Below are positions 9,324 through 19,265 of a stretch of DNA of 64,000 nt, piece by piece. The position numbers and the translations under genes were made by a program. Below the pieces are notes generated by a model. That model did no database searches and was not told where the DNA came from. It was given only the letters and a program-made list of their open reading frames with translations. Source of the DNA: Acidimicrobiia bacterium (GTDB taxonomy: Bacteria > Actinomycetota > Acidimicrobiia > Spongiisociales > UBA5794); contig DATHUV010000088.1 of assembly GCA_035461905.1 (NCBI GenBank), forward strand, positions 10,522 through 74,521. The letters run 5' to 3'. Each line of letters opens with the position of its first letter. Positions within the stretch are counted from its first letter, which is position 1.

Positions 9324-9991
9324 CTACGTCGTTCGATCACGTCGCCGAGCTCGGTGAGCTGGCTGTCCTGGCTTCCGGATGCACGATGTGCGTCCTTGCG
9401 GAGACACGGACCAACGTCGTGTTCGGCTCGGGAGCCCCAGATGCCGATGTGATGATCGTGGGGGAGGGTCCCGGTCAGGCGGAGGACGAGCAGGGTGAGC
9501 CGTTCGTCGGCCGATCGGGACAGCTCCTTGCCTCCCTCCTCGGCGAGATAGGCCTCCAGCGGCCTGATGTGTACATCGCCAACGTCGTCAAATGCAGGCC
9601 ACCTCGGAACCGGGATCCACGATCAGATGAGATCGACGCGTGCAAGGGATATCTCCGGCGCCAGATCCAACTCGTCGATCCGCTCGTCGTGGTGACCGTC
9701 GGCAACTTCTCGACGAAGCTCGCGCTCCGCACGGACGTCGGGATCACACGGCTCAGGGGAGTGGCGTATCCGTGGTGGGGGCGATACCTCGTGCCGACGT
9801 ATCACCCTGCGGCGGCCCTGAGGGGCGGGGAACGGGTCACCGATGACATCCGTTCGGACCTGCGAATCGTGCGGTCGATCATCGACGGTAATCTCACCGA
9901 AGCAACGACCGACGACCTGGTGCAGGAACCCGATGAGGGGCAGCGCGCGTCGATCGACCACCAGCTCGATCTGTTCGGCGGCCAGACATGA
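9320..9991 (+). CDS. uracil-DNA glycosylase, family 4
   Basis: ORF 9107..9991. GTG 9320 (GTGA overlap with the preceding stop) gives VTTSFDHV.... Motif A is GEGPGQAEDEQGEPFVGRSGQLL, and CTMC cysteines are present. Confidence 0.85.
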   Translation: MTTSFDHVAELGELAVLASGCTMCVLAETRTNVVFGSGAPDADVMIVGEGPGQAEDEQGEPFVGRSGQLLASLLGEIGLQRPDVYIANVVKCRPPRNRDPRSDEIDACKGYLRRQIQLVDPLVVVTVGNFSTKLALRTDVGITRLRGVAYPWWGRYLVPTYHPAAALRGGERVTDDIRSDLRIVRSIIDGNLTEATTDDLVQEPDEGQRASIDHQLDLFGGQT

Positions 9992-10440
9992 ACCTCCAGA
10001 TCTCCACCCACTCACCAGCCGACACCCTGGCGCTCGGTCGCCGGTTTGCCGCCGTTCTCACCGCAGGTGACGTCGTGCTTCTCTCCGGACGCCTCGGATC
10101 CGGCAAGACCCTGTTCGCGGCCGGCATCGCGGAGGGCCTCGGTATCACCGAGCGAATCACGTCACCGACGTTCGTGATCTCACGAATCCATCGCGACGGC
10201 TTCCTCCCCCTCATCCACGCCGATGTGTATCGACTTGGAACGCTGGCCGAGTTCGACGATCTCGAGCTCCCTGACGATGCAGCAGACGGGGTGCTGCTCA
10301 TCGAGTGGGGGGACGCGGTTGCGGCAGGACTTGCGGAATCCCATCTGGTCGTGCACATCGAAGTCGAGCAGGAGGTCCGCGTCTTCACCTTCATGCCGCA
10401 GGGATCATGGACGGAACGAAGCCTGGAGATGCTCACATGA
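9988..10440 (+). CDS. tsaE: tRNA t6A37 biosynthesis ATPase TsaE
   Basis: 150 aa. P-loop GRLGSGKT, SPTF and EWG motifs. 4-nt overlaps on both sides. Confidence 0.88.
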   Translation: MNLQISTHSPADTLALGRRFAAVLTAGDVVLLSGRLGSGKTLFAAGIAEGLGITERITSPTFVISRIHRDGFLPLIHADVYRLGTLAEFDDLELPDDAADGVLLIEWGDAVAAGLAESHLVVHIEVEQEVRVFTFMPQGSWTERSLEMLT

Positions 10441-11144
10441 AGATCGTCGCGATCGAGACCGCAACGCCTGCATCATCGGTGGCGATCGGCGAGGACGGCG
10501 CCATCAAAGGGATGAGCGTCAACGTCGACAGGCGAGGACACGTCGGCTTCCTGATGCCTGCGATCGACTTCATCCTCGGTCAGGCGGGATGGAAACCGCG
10601 CGACATCGACGTCGTCGCCGTTGACATCGGCCCCGGTCCGTACACGGGACTGCGCGCCGGGATCGCGACGGCCCAGGCCTTCGCCGCTGCGATCGGCGCT
10701 CCGATGGTCACGACGTCCTCCCTCACCGTGATCGCTCTTCGAGCCGCCACAGGGAGGCGTCGCATCTGGCCAGTCGTTGACATGCGTCGGGGACAGTTCG
10801 CCGTCGCACCATTCCGGCCACTTCCCGGTGGGGTGGCCCCAGACGGTCCCCGCGAGATCATGCGGCCTCCTGACTTCAAGGCGCTCCTCGAGGCCGATGG
10901 CTCGGACTCGCTCGTCGTCGGGGACTGGGGGTCCCTTCCTGACACGATGTGGACGGGACTTCACCGAGTTCGACGGGGCCGACCTCGATATCCGTCCGCC
11001 GACACCGTGGTCGAGATCGCCGCGATGAAGGTCCGGAGGGACGATCTCACCCTCGCTGACGAGGTTCGGCCGCTGTACATGCGCGAACCTGACGTCGACA
11101 TCAACTGGACGGCCTTCCGCTCCGAGGGAGCGTGGCCGGAATGA
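10437..11144 (+). CDS. tsaB: tRNA t6A37 biosynthesis protein TsaB
   Basis: ORF 10305..11144. Starts MKIVAIETATPASSVAI (ATG 10437, ATGA overlap); GPGPYTGLRAGIATAQ motif. Confidence 0.85.
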   Translation: MKIVAIETATPASSVAIGEDGAIKGMSVNVDRRGHVGFLMPAIDFILGQAGWKPRDIDVVAVDIGPGPYTGLRAGIATAQAFAAAIGAPMVTTSSLTVIALRAATGRRRIWPVVDMRRGQFAVAPFRPLPGGVAPDGPREIMRPPDFKALLEADGSDSLVVGDWGSLPDTMWTGLHRVRRGRPRYPSADTVVEIAAMKVRRDDLTLADEVRPLYMREPDVDINWTAFRSEGAWPE

Positions 11145-11644
11145 GCGGTCCCGAGATCCGAGACATGGAGAGGGCGGACATTCCCGCGGTTGCAGGGCTC
11201 GAAGCGTTGATCTACCCCCAACCCTGGTCACCCCGGGTGTTCTTCGACGAGCTGGCGATGGACTCGCGGGCCTACGTCGTGGCCGTCGACCACGATGGCG
11301 TGATCATCGGGTACGGGGGGCTCCTCCTCGTCGAGGACGACGCGCACATCACCACCGTCGCGGTTGCGCCCGACGCCCGGGGTCGGCACGTCGGTACTCA
11401 CATCATGCTCGCCCTCGTCGAGCGTGCCGTAGCGGCGAAGGCCCGCCACTTGACGCTCGAGGTGAGGATCACGAACGCTGCGGCCCAGGGCCTCTACGAC
11501 CGGTTCGGCTTCAGCCCCGTCGGCAGGAGGAAGAACTACTACCAGGACGAGGACGCGCTCGTCATGTGGGCGACGGACATCGACACGCAGGACTACGCAG
11601 AGCGCCTCGACCGGATTCGCTCCGCTGTGGAGGTCGCGATATGA
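11141..11644 (+). CDS. rimI: ribosomal-protein-alanine N-acetyltransferase
   Basis: ORF 11132..11644. GNAT fold (VAVAPDARGRHVGTHIM). Sits between tsaB and tsaD as in most bacteria. ATG 11141 overlaps the tsaB stop. Confidence 0.8.
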   Translation: MSGPEIRDMERADIPAVAGLEALIYPQPWSPRVFFDELAMDSRAYVVAVDHDGVIIGYGGLLLVEDDAHITTVAVAPDARGRHVGTHIMLALVERAVAAKARHLTLEVRITNAAAQGLYDRFGFSPVGRRKNYYQDEDALVMWATDIDTQDYAERLDRIRSAVEVAI

Positions 11645-12654
11645 ACGGGCCGCTGGTACTCGGCATCGAAACGAGCTGCGACGAGACCGGTGTCGCCGTG
11701 CTCGAGGGGATGGCGGTGCGGAGCTCGGTCCTCGCCTCCCAGGTCGAGCTCCATGAGCGCTTCGGAGGAGTCGTCCCGGAGGTCGCTGCTCGCGCCCATG
11801 TGGAGGCAATCAGGCCACTCGTCCATCGCGCGATGACGTCTGCGGGAATCCACCCCGACGACCTCGACGCGATCGCGGTGACTCGCGGCCCCGGCCTCGT
11901 CGGCGCGCTGATGGTCGGGTATGCGTTCGGGAAGTCCCTCGCGTACAGCCTCGGAACGCCCCTCTTCGGGATCGATCACATGGAAGGGCATCTGTATGCC
12001 CCGCGGTTGTCGTTCGGTGAGTACGAGCCCCCAGCGGTTGTTGTGCTTGCGAGTGGAGGTCACAGCCAGATCGTCCACGTCAGGGCGTGGGGCGAGTACG
12101 AGATCCTGGGAGGGACAATCGACGACGCGGCGGGTGAGGCATTCGACAAGCTCGCCCGATTCATGGGCCTCGGTTTTCCTGGTGGCCCCGCAATCGACCG
12201 CGACGCCGAAACGGGTGATCCCGCCGCCATCGACTTCCCCAGGGCACTCAGGGACAGGCCGTTCGATTTCTCGTTCTCCGGCTTGAAGACCTCGGTGGTC
12301 ACGTATCTCGAGAAGGCGCGCGATGCGGGAACGCTGCCGAACCGCGCAGACGTATCGGCCTCCATCCAAGAGGCGATCGTCGACGTGATCGTCGAGAAGA
12401 CCTTCAATGCCGTCGAGGCGACAGGTGTCGAGGTCGTCGGCGGGGGAGGAGGCGTGCTGGCGAATCGCAGACTGCGAGCCCGCCTTGCCGAGGAGGCCGA
12501 TCGACGCGGTGTCGGGTTGTTCATCCCGGAGCCGGTCCTGTGCACAGACAACGGGGCCATGATCGCGAGCGTCGGTGTCGACAGGCTCCTCTCTGGATCC
12601 CACAGTGACCACCTGACCGGCGATGTCGACCCCGGTCTATCGCTGGCACCGTGA
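11641..12654 (+). CDS. tsaD: tRNA N6-adenosine threonylcarbamoyltransferase TsaD
   Basis: ORF 11566..12654. Starts MNGPLVLGIETSCDETGVAV (ATG 11641); HMEGH and SGGHS motifs. Confidence 0.93.
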   Translation: MNGPLVLGIETSCDETGVAVLEGMAVRSSVLASQVELHERFGGVVPEVAARAHVEAIRPLVHRAMTSAGIHPDDLDAIAVTRGPGLVGALMVGYAFGKSLAYSLGTPLFGIDHMEGHLYAPRLSFGEYEPPAVVVLASGGHSQIVHVRAWGEYEILGGTIDDAAGEAFDKLARFMGLGFPGGPAIDRDAETGDPAAIDFPRALRDRPFDFSFSGLKTSVVTYLEKARDAGTLPNRADVSASIQEAIVDVIVEKTFNAVEATGVEVVGGGGGVLANRRLRARLAEEADRRGVGLFIPEPVLCTDNGAMIASVGVDRLLSGSHSDHLTGDVDPGLSLAP

Positions 12655-13748
12655 CACCGGGGATCAGGCTCGGAAAGGTCCTCGGGGTCCCCGTCGTCGC
12701 CGATGCCTCCGCTTTCGTCCTCGCGATCCTGTTCGCCATCGTTGTCCTGATCGACCTTCAGATGTCGCGGATCGGAACGAACGACACGAACTGGCTCGTT
12801 GCGCTCATCGCAGGGTGCGCTGTCCTCGCGAGCGTGCTCATCCACGAGGTGAGTCACGTCGTCGTCGCCGTTCGCCATGGCCTCGGCGTCCGTGCGATTC
12901 GGCTCTACCTGTTCGGCGGGTACTCGGTGATCGACGGCAATCCCTCACCGAGGTCCGAGGTCGCCGTCGCAGCTGCGGGTCCCATCGCTTCGTTGGTGTT
13001 CGGAGGCGTGTGCTGGTCCATGGCCATGTGGGCGGGCGCTGACTCGGTGATCGGAAGCGCCATCTTCGCGGTTGCGCTCGCAAACATCGGCATAGGGCTC
13101 TTCAACCTCCTGCCGGGGTTCCCGCTCGACGGTGGTCGGGTCCTGCGGGGCCTCATCGCATCCCGAACCGGTGATCGTGTCGGTGCCACGCAGGTGGTGG
13201 CGGCCGTCGGACGGTGGATCGGCTACGCCGCCGTCGGTGCGGGAGCCGTGATGATCGCGAGGAGGTCATCCGTGGGCCTCTTCGTGCTGGCGGCAGGGTG
13301 GTACCTCGCGGCTACTGCCGGCCGCGCCGGGCGTCGGGAGCAGCTGAGCGCAGCGCTCGACGGGTTGCTTGTTCGCGATGCGATGCGCGAAACGCCGAAT
13401 GCCGTTCCAGGAAGGACCACGGTCGCCTCGATGCTCGACCTCCACGCTCTCGGGCCCCGACTTCGCTCCCTGCCCGTGGAGATCGACGGGCGGGTGGTCG
13501 GCGTCATCGGCCAGGACGAGATCGATGCTGTCGCTCCTTCACGCTGGCCGTCCGTGCGTGTGAGGTCGGTGATGACGGACATCGGCCCCGATGACGTCGT
13601 AGAGGCCGATGCGCCGCTCGAGGCCCTCCTGGTGCGTCCCGCCGGCCGAACGCGGAGGGTCGTCGTCACGACCGACGACGTGGTGGTCGGCATCATCGAG
13701 GGCTCCGATCTCGCAAAGGTCCTCCCCGACGGCGCAGCCCGAGCCTGA
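12651..13748 (+). CDS. site-2 protease (M50) family metalloprotease with C-terminal CBS pair
   Basis: 365 aa. HExxH (HEVSHVV) lies in a TM segment, with a LPGFPLDGGRVL motif and two CBS-like repeats at the C-terminus. GTG 12651 overlaps the tsaD stop. Confidence 0.8.
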   Translation: MTPGIRLGKVLGVPVVADASAFVLAILFAIVVLIDLQMSRIGTNDTNWLVALIAGCAVLASVLIHEVSHVVVAVRHGLGVRAIRLYLFGGYSVIDGNPSPRSEVAVAAAGPIASLVFGGVCWSMAMWAGADSVIGSAIFAVALANIGIGLFNLLPGFPLDGGRVLRGLIASRTGDRVGATQVVAAVGRWIGYAAVGAGAVMIARRSSVGLFVLAAGWYLAATAGRAGRREQLSAALDGLLVRDAMRETPNAVPGRTTVASMLDLHALGPRLRSLPVEIDGRVVGVIGQDEIDAVAPSRWPSVRVRSVMTDIGPDDVVEADAPLEALLVRPAGRTRRVVVTTDDVVVGIIEGSDLAKVLPDGAARA

Positions 13749-13789
13749 TTCACCGCAGCATCGGCTCCTGTCGATGGCACCTCACCTCG

Positions 13790-13816
13790 TTGGCACTCGA
13801 TGTGCGCGACTGCCAA
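13790..13816 (+). promoter_or_regulatory. CIRCE-like HrcA operator (distal copy)
   Basis: TTGGCACTC-N9-GACTGCCAA, compared with the CIRCE consensus TTAGCACTC-N9-GAGTGCTAA. Lies upstream of groES. Confidence 0.7.
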
Positions 13817-13830
13817 CGACAGTGGTAACC

Positions 13831-13857
13831 TTGGCACTCGTAAGCACCGACTGCTAA
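13831..13857 (+). promoter_or_regulatory. CIRCE-like HrcA operator (proximal copy)
   Basis: TTGGCACTC-N9-GACTGCTAA, 23 nt upstream of the groES ATG. Confidence 0.72.
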
Positions 13858-13879
13858 CTCGACAAAGAAGGAGAGTCGG

Positions 13880-14167
13880 ATGGATCTCAAGCCTTTGGGC
13901 GACCGTATCGTCGTGAAGCCCCAAGAGGAAACGGAGGCCCGCACCGCCGGTGGCCTCGTGATACCTGACACCGCCAAGGAGAAGCCCCAACTGGGTGAGG
14001 TCCTCGCAGTGGGTCCGGGTGAGTTCAAGGACGGGGCTCGCGTACCCGTCGATGTCAAGGTCGGCGACGTCGTCTTCTACTCGAAGTACGGCGGCACCGA
14101 GGTGAAGCACAACGGCGAGGACCTCCTGATCCTCTCCAGCCGTGACGTGCTCGCGGTCCTGGGCTAG
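13880..14167 (+). CDS. groES: co-chaperonin GroES
   Basis: 95 aa, [37 protein letters not shown].... RBS GAAGGAG upstream. Confidence 0.97.
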   Translation: MDLKPLGDRIVVKPQEETEARTAGGLVIPDTAKEKPQLGEVLAVGPGEFKDGARVPVDVKVGDVVFYSKYGGTEVKHNGEDLLILSSRDVLAVLG

Positions 14168-15820
<1,653 letters not shown>

Positions 15821-15849
15821 GAGTCGACTCCGACCCATTTCGATGGACG

Positions 15850-15879
15850 CGTGGGGGGCACCGTGAGGTGCCCCCCACG
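15850..15879 (+). terminator. GC-rich hairpin after groEL (probable terminator, no T tract)
   Basis: CGTGGGGGGCACC-GTGA-GGTGCCCCCCACG, a 13-bp perfect stem 30 nt after the groEL stop. Confidence 0.6.
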
Positions 15880-15976
15880 TCCGCCTGGTGGACGAATCAC
15901 CCGATCCGGGCGATTCTCGCCGACACCGGATCCGGTAGTGTGAGCCGCACATTGTCTATGAAAGGACTGTTCGGCA

Positions 15977-16348
15977 ATGCCACTCTTCGACATTTTCTGG
16001 GCGATGATCTGGTTCTTCCTCTTCTTCGTGTGGATCTGGCTGCTCATCTCGATCTTCGGTGACATCTTCCGCAGTGAAATGTCCGGCTTCGCGAAGGCAG
16101 CGTGGATCATCTTCGTCGTCGTCACGCCGTTCCTCGGAGTGCTCATCTACCTCATCGCCAACGGCGGCAAGATGCAGGAGCGCTCGATGGAGGCCGCCTT
16201 GGCGCAACAGAAGGCCCAGCAGGCATACATCCAGCAGGTCGCCGGCACCAGCAGCGCGGATGAGCTCGCAAAGCTCGCAAAGCTCCACCAGGACGGCGTG
16301 CTGTCGGCAGACGAGTTCGCCGCGCAGAAGGCGAAACTCCTCGCCTGA
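15977..16348 (+). CDS. small membrane protein with PLD-nuclease-N-terminal-type TM domain and C-terminal SHOCT domain
   Basis: 123 aa. Two TM helices (FWAMIWFFLFFVWIWLLISIFGDIF...AAWIIFVVVTPFLGVLIYLI) and a C-terminal ELAKLAKLHQDGVLSADEFAAQKAKLL typical of SHOCT. Confidence 0.7.
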   Translation: MPLFDIFWAMIWFFLFFVWIWLLISIFGDIFRSEMSGFAKAAWIIFVVVTPFLGVLIYLIANGGKMQERSMEAALAQQKAQQAYIQQVAGTSSADELAKLAKLHQDGVLSADEFAAQKAKLLA

Positions 16349-16370
16349 TCGCCTCCTCGACCGACAGACG

Positions 16371-16400
16371 GAACGGGCACCTCGAGTGAGGTGCCCGTTC
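16371..16400. terminator. bidirectional hairpin between convergent genes
   Basis: GAACGGGCACCTC-GAGT-GAGGTGCCCGTTC, a 13-bp perfect stem between the SHOCT gene (+) and the DUF1876-like gene (-). Confidence 0.6.
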
Positions 16401-16423
16401 TGCGCGACCAAGGCTGCCGACGA

Positions 16424-16672
16424 TCACGTCACGAGGGAATGCGTCCCCTCGATCCGCGCATACGCACGGTCCATGAGCTGCTCCTCGAGGGAGCCGAGCG
16501 CCCGTGCGAGGGCGATCTCCTCGCCGATGACGGGCACACTGCGGTCCGATGGGTTCCGCATCGCCCTCCCCGTTGCGTCGAAATGATCGCCGCGAAGGTC
16601 CAGGGTCGCGTGGACGAGCGTGTGTGCGTCGTCCTCGTCGATCCCGACCTCGATGGTGATGTGCTTGTGCAT
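16424..16672 (-). CDS. DUF1876-like small protein
   Basis: 82 aa. ITIEVGIDEDDAHTLVHATLDLRGDHFDATGRAMRNPSDRSVPVIGEEIALARALGSL matches the DUF1876 pattern from memory. RBS GGAGG upstream. Confidence 0.6.
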   Translation of the reverse strand: MHKHITIEVGIDEDDAHTLVHATLDLRGDHFDATGRAMRNPSDRSVPVIGEEIALARALGSLEEQLMDRAYARIEGTHSLVT

Positions 16673-16787
16673 GTCCGACCTCCGATGATGGGCCTACACC
16701 CATGATCGTCGCGAATCAGGCAGGTGACCAGAGGAAATCGTGTGTCCCCGGTGGAGCCGCACGGCTGATCTGTGGCAGGATGCTGCC

Positions 16788-17936
16788 TCAGTAGAGGAAC
16801 ATGGGCTTGCCCATGACGTGACGGATCTTCGGGCGGTACTGGTCGACGTCGTACAGCTCGGCGACATCGACCCGCTTCACGCCCTCGCTCGTCTCGGTGA
16901 TCGGCACGTTGGTATAGGTTCCCCCACGAAGCGCCACCATCCTGCCGGACATCCCCTCCAGTGCGAGGTCTGCAGCCATGTTGGCGTAGTTCGTCGCAAC
17001 CATGAGGTCGAGCGAGTCGGGGTTCCCCGAGCGCATGAGGTAGCCGACCTGCTGGTAGATGATCCGATGCCCCGTGAGATCGGTGAGTAGGGATCCCGTC
17101 ACGGCGCCGATGCCGCCGAGTTTGCGATGGCCGTACGCGTCCTCGGATCCGGAGAGGATCATCTCTCCCTCCTCGAGCTGTGCTCCTTCCGAGATGGTCA
17201 TCATCGCGTAGTGGGATGAATTGTTGGCCTTGTCCGAGACCAGCATGTCGGCGAGTCGTTCGACGTTGAAGGGGACCTCCGAGATGATCGCCCTGTCGAC
17301 GCCTGAGAGGTAGGCGGTGATCAGGCTCGTCTCGCCCGAGTAGCGTCCGAACAGCTCGACCACGGCGATCCGCTCGTGGCTGCCCGTGCTGGTGCGGAGG
17401 CTGTGGATGAACTCGACACCCCGCGTGACCGCTGTCGAGAACCCGATGCAGTAGTCCGTCCCGTTGACGTCGTTGTCCATCGTCTTGGGAACGGCGATCA
17501 CGGGGACACCCTCGTTGTGCAAGCGGAGACCGTATGACAACGTGTCGTCCCCTCCGATGGGGATCAGCACATCGACTCCGAGCGCCTCGAGCACACGCAG
17601 GGAGTGCGCCGTGTAGTCGAAGGGACCGTCACCCTCTGGGGGTTCACCGAGAAAGGATGGCACGTCGGTGCGCGACACCCTGGAAGGGTTCGTGCGGCTC
17701 GTGTGGAGGAAGGTCCCTCCGGTGCGATCGACGGTTCGCACGTTCGCCGGTGTGAGGGGCATCGTGTTCTCCGCGATCGACTCTGCATCGTCGGGGTTCG
17801 TGTTGAGAAGGCCTCCCCAGCCTCGACGGAACCCGAGGACCTCGTGGCCGTCGTGGGCAACGCGGTTCACGACGGCCTTGATGCACGGGTTCAGGCCCGG
17901 GACGTCGCCTCCGCCGGTGAGTATGCCGATTCGCAT
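16788..17936 (-). CDS. pfk: 6-phosphofructokinase (PfkA family; residues suggest PPi dependence)
   Basis: ORF 16788..18122. Starts [16 protein letters not shown] (ATG 17936, AGGGAG RBS). IGGDDTLS and PKTMDNDV motifs. Confidence 0.88.
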   Translation of the reverse strand: MRIGILTGGGDVPGLNPCIKAVVNRVAHDGHEVLGFRRGWGGLLNTNPDDAESIAENTMPLTPANVRTVDRTGGTFLHTSRTNPSRVSRTDVPSFLGEPPEGDGPFDYTAHSLRVLEALGVDVLIPIGGDDTLSYGLRLHNEGVPVIAVPKTMDNDVNGTDYCIGFSTAVTRGVEFIHSLRTSTGSHERIAVVELFGRYSGETSLITAYLSGVDRAIISEVPFNVERLADMLVSDKANNSSHYAMMTISEGAQLEEGEMILSGSEDAYGHRKLGGIGAVTGSLLTDLTGHRIIYQQVGYLMRSGNPDSLDLMVATNYANMAADLALEGMSGRMVALRGGTYTNVPITETSEGVKRVDVAELYDVDQYRPKIRHVMGKPMFLY

Positions 17937-18027
17937 GTGTCGCTCCCTGGTGTGGATCTCTGCACGGCACGATACCGCCGACACGGAACTGCCCGGCACA
18001 CGGGAGCCGCCTGCGTCGTGGGCCGTA

Positions 18028-18636
18028 TCAGCCGATCGTGCCTTCGGCGCGATGCCGGTCGCGCGTCGCCCACCACTCGTCCTGGAGAAGTGACCATACG
18101 GTGTGGTCGACCCAACGGTCACCGATCTTCACCTCATCGCGCAGCGTGCCCTCGAGGGAGAAGCCAATGGCGCGAGCGATCCCCTCGGACCTCGCGTTCC
18201 CGACGGCGATACGGAGTTGCACCTTGTGGAGCCGCATCTCCTCGAAACCGATCTGCACCGCGCGGGTCGTCGCTTCGGCGCCGTACCCCTTCCCTGTCTC
18301 GTCGGAGCGGATCCAGTACCCGACCTCACCGATGGAGTTCTGGGCGGACGTCGTCCATATGGACACGTTCCCGATGTGCGTGTCGGGATCGTCGATCGTC
18401 CTGATCGTGAAGTCGAACGCGCGGCGCTCGACCCACGCGGCGACCGACTCCCTCACGAAGCGCTGCGACACGCCACGGTCGTATCCGTCGACCCAGGGAA
18501 GCCATGGTTGGAGCTCGGCGAGCGACACGCTGATCGCATCGTGGAGAGGCCCGACATCCCGCCTGCGGAAGGGTCGCAGCATGAGACGCCGGGTATACCT
18601 CGGTTGGCTGTGCACGGCGATGGTCGGCATCGGCAC
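18028..18636 (-). CDS. GNAT family N-acetyltransferase (RimJ/RimL-like)
   Basis: 202 aa. [18 protein letters not shown]..., [19 protein letters not shown]..., [13 protein letters not shown] are typical of the RimJ/L subgroup. Confidence 0.75.
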   Translation of the reverse strand: MPMPTIAVHSQPRYTRRLMLRPFRRRDVGPLHDAISVSLAELQPWLPWVDGYDRGVSQRFVRESVAAWVERRAFDFTIRTIDDPDTHIGNVSIWTTSAQNSIGEVGYWIRSDETGKGYGAEATTRAVQIGFEEMRLHKVQLRIAVGNARSEGIARAIGFSLEGTLRDEVKIGDRWVDHTVWSLLQDEWWATRDRHRAEGTIG

Positions 18637-18661
18637 CAGCCTATCCGGATAAGCTCGCCGA

Positions 18662-19219
18662 ATGGATCCATGGACAAGGCTTCGGTCGCTCCCGCCCGTG
18701 GTGGACCCACCTGGTGCCGAGTACGCAGTCCTCGTGCCGATCTACGAGGATCCCAAGGGCGACATCAGGGTCATCCTGACGAAACGTCCCGACCACATGT
18801 CGAGCCATCCCGGTGACGTCGTCTTCCCTGGGGGTCATCGCGAGGACGGCGAGGAGCCGATCAGCACCGCCTTGCGTGAGGCGTGGGAGGAGATCGGGCT
18901 ACCCCCGGGGAACGTCGTCGAGGTCCTCGGCGGTTTGACCCCGGTGACGATGCGGGATCGGACACGGCCCATCGTCCCCGTCGTCGTCAGGATCGAGAGG
19001 CCAGGCGAGCTCGTTCCGGACGAGAAGGAGGTCGAAGCGATCATCGAGCCGACACTCCAGTTCCTGATGGCCGAGACCAACTGGATCCAGCGTGATTGGT
19101 TCGGACACGCCTTGTGGTTCTGCGAGTTCGACGAGGGCATCCTCTGGGGCGCGACAGCATTCATGATGAGAGAGCTCGTTGGCTTCCTCCGCGGCGAGGA
19201 ATTGTCCGAACCACGATGA
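18662..19219 (+). CDS. NUDIX hydrolase (CoA pyrophosphatase-like)
   Basis: 185 aa. Nudix box PGGHREDGEEPISTALREAWEEIGL. Confidence 0.78.
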   Translation: MDPWTRLRSLPPVVDPPGAEYAVLVPIYEDPKGDIRVILTKRPDHMSSHPGDVVFPGGHREDGEEPISTALREAWEEIGLPPGNVVEVLGGLTPVTMRDRTRPIVPVVVRIERPGELVPDEKEVEAIIEPTLQFLMAETNWIQRDWFGHALWFCEFDEGILWGATAFMMRELVGFLRGEELSEPR

Positions 19220-19265
19220 AGGGGTCGACTCACCGAGCAGCCGTCGTCCACGGGGAGGTCCACAC

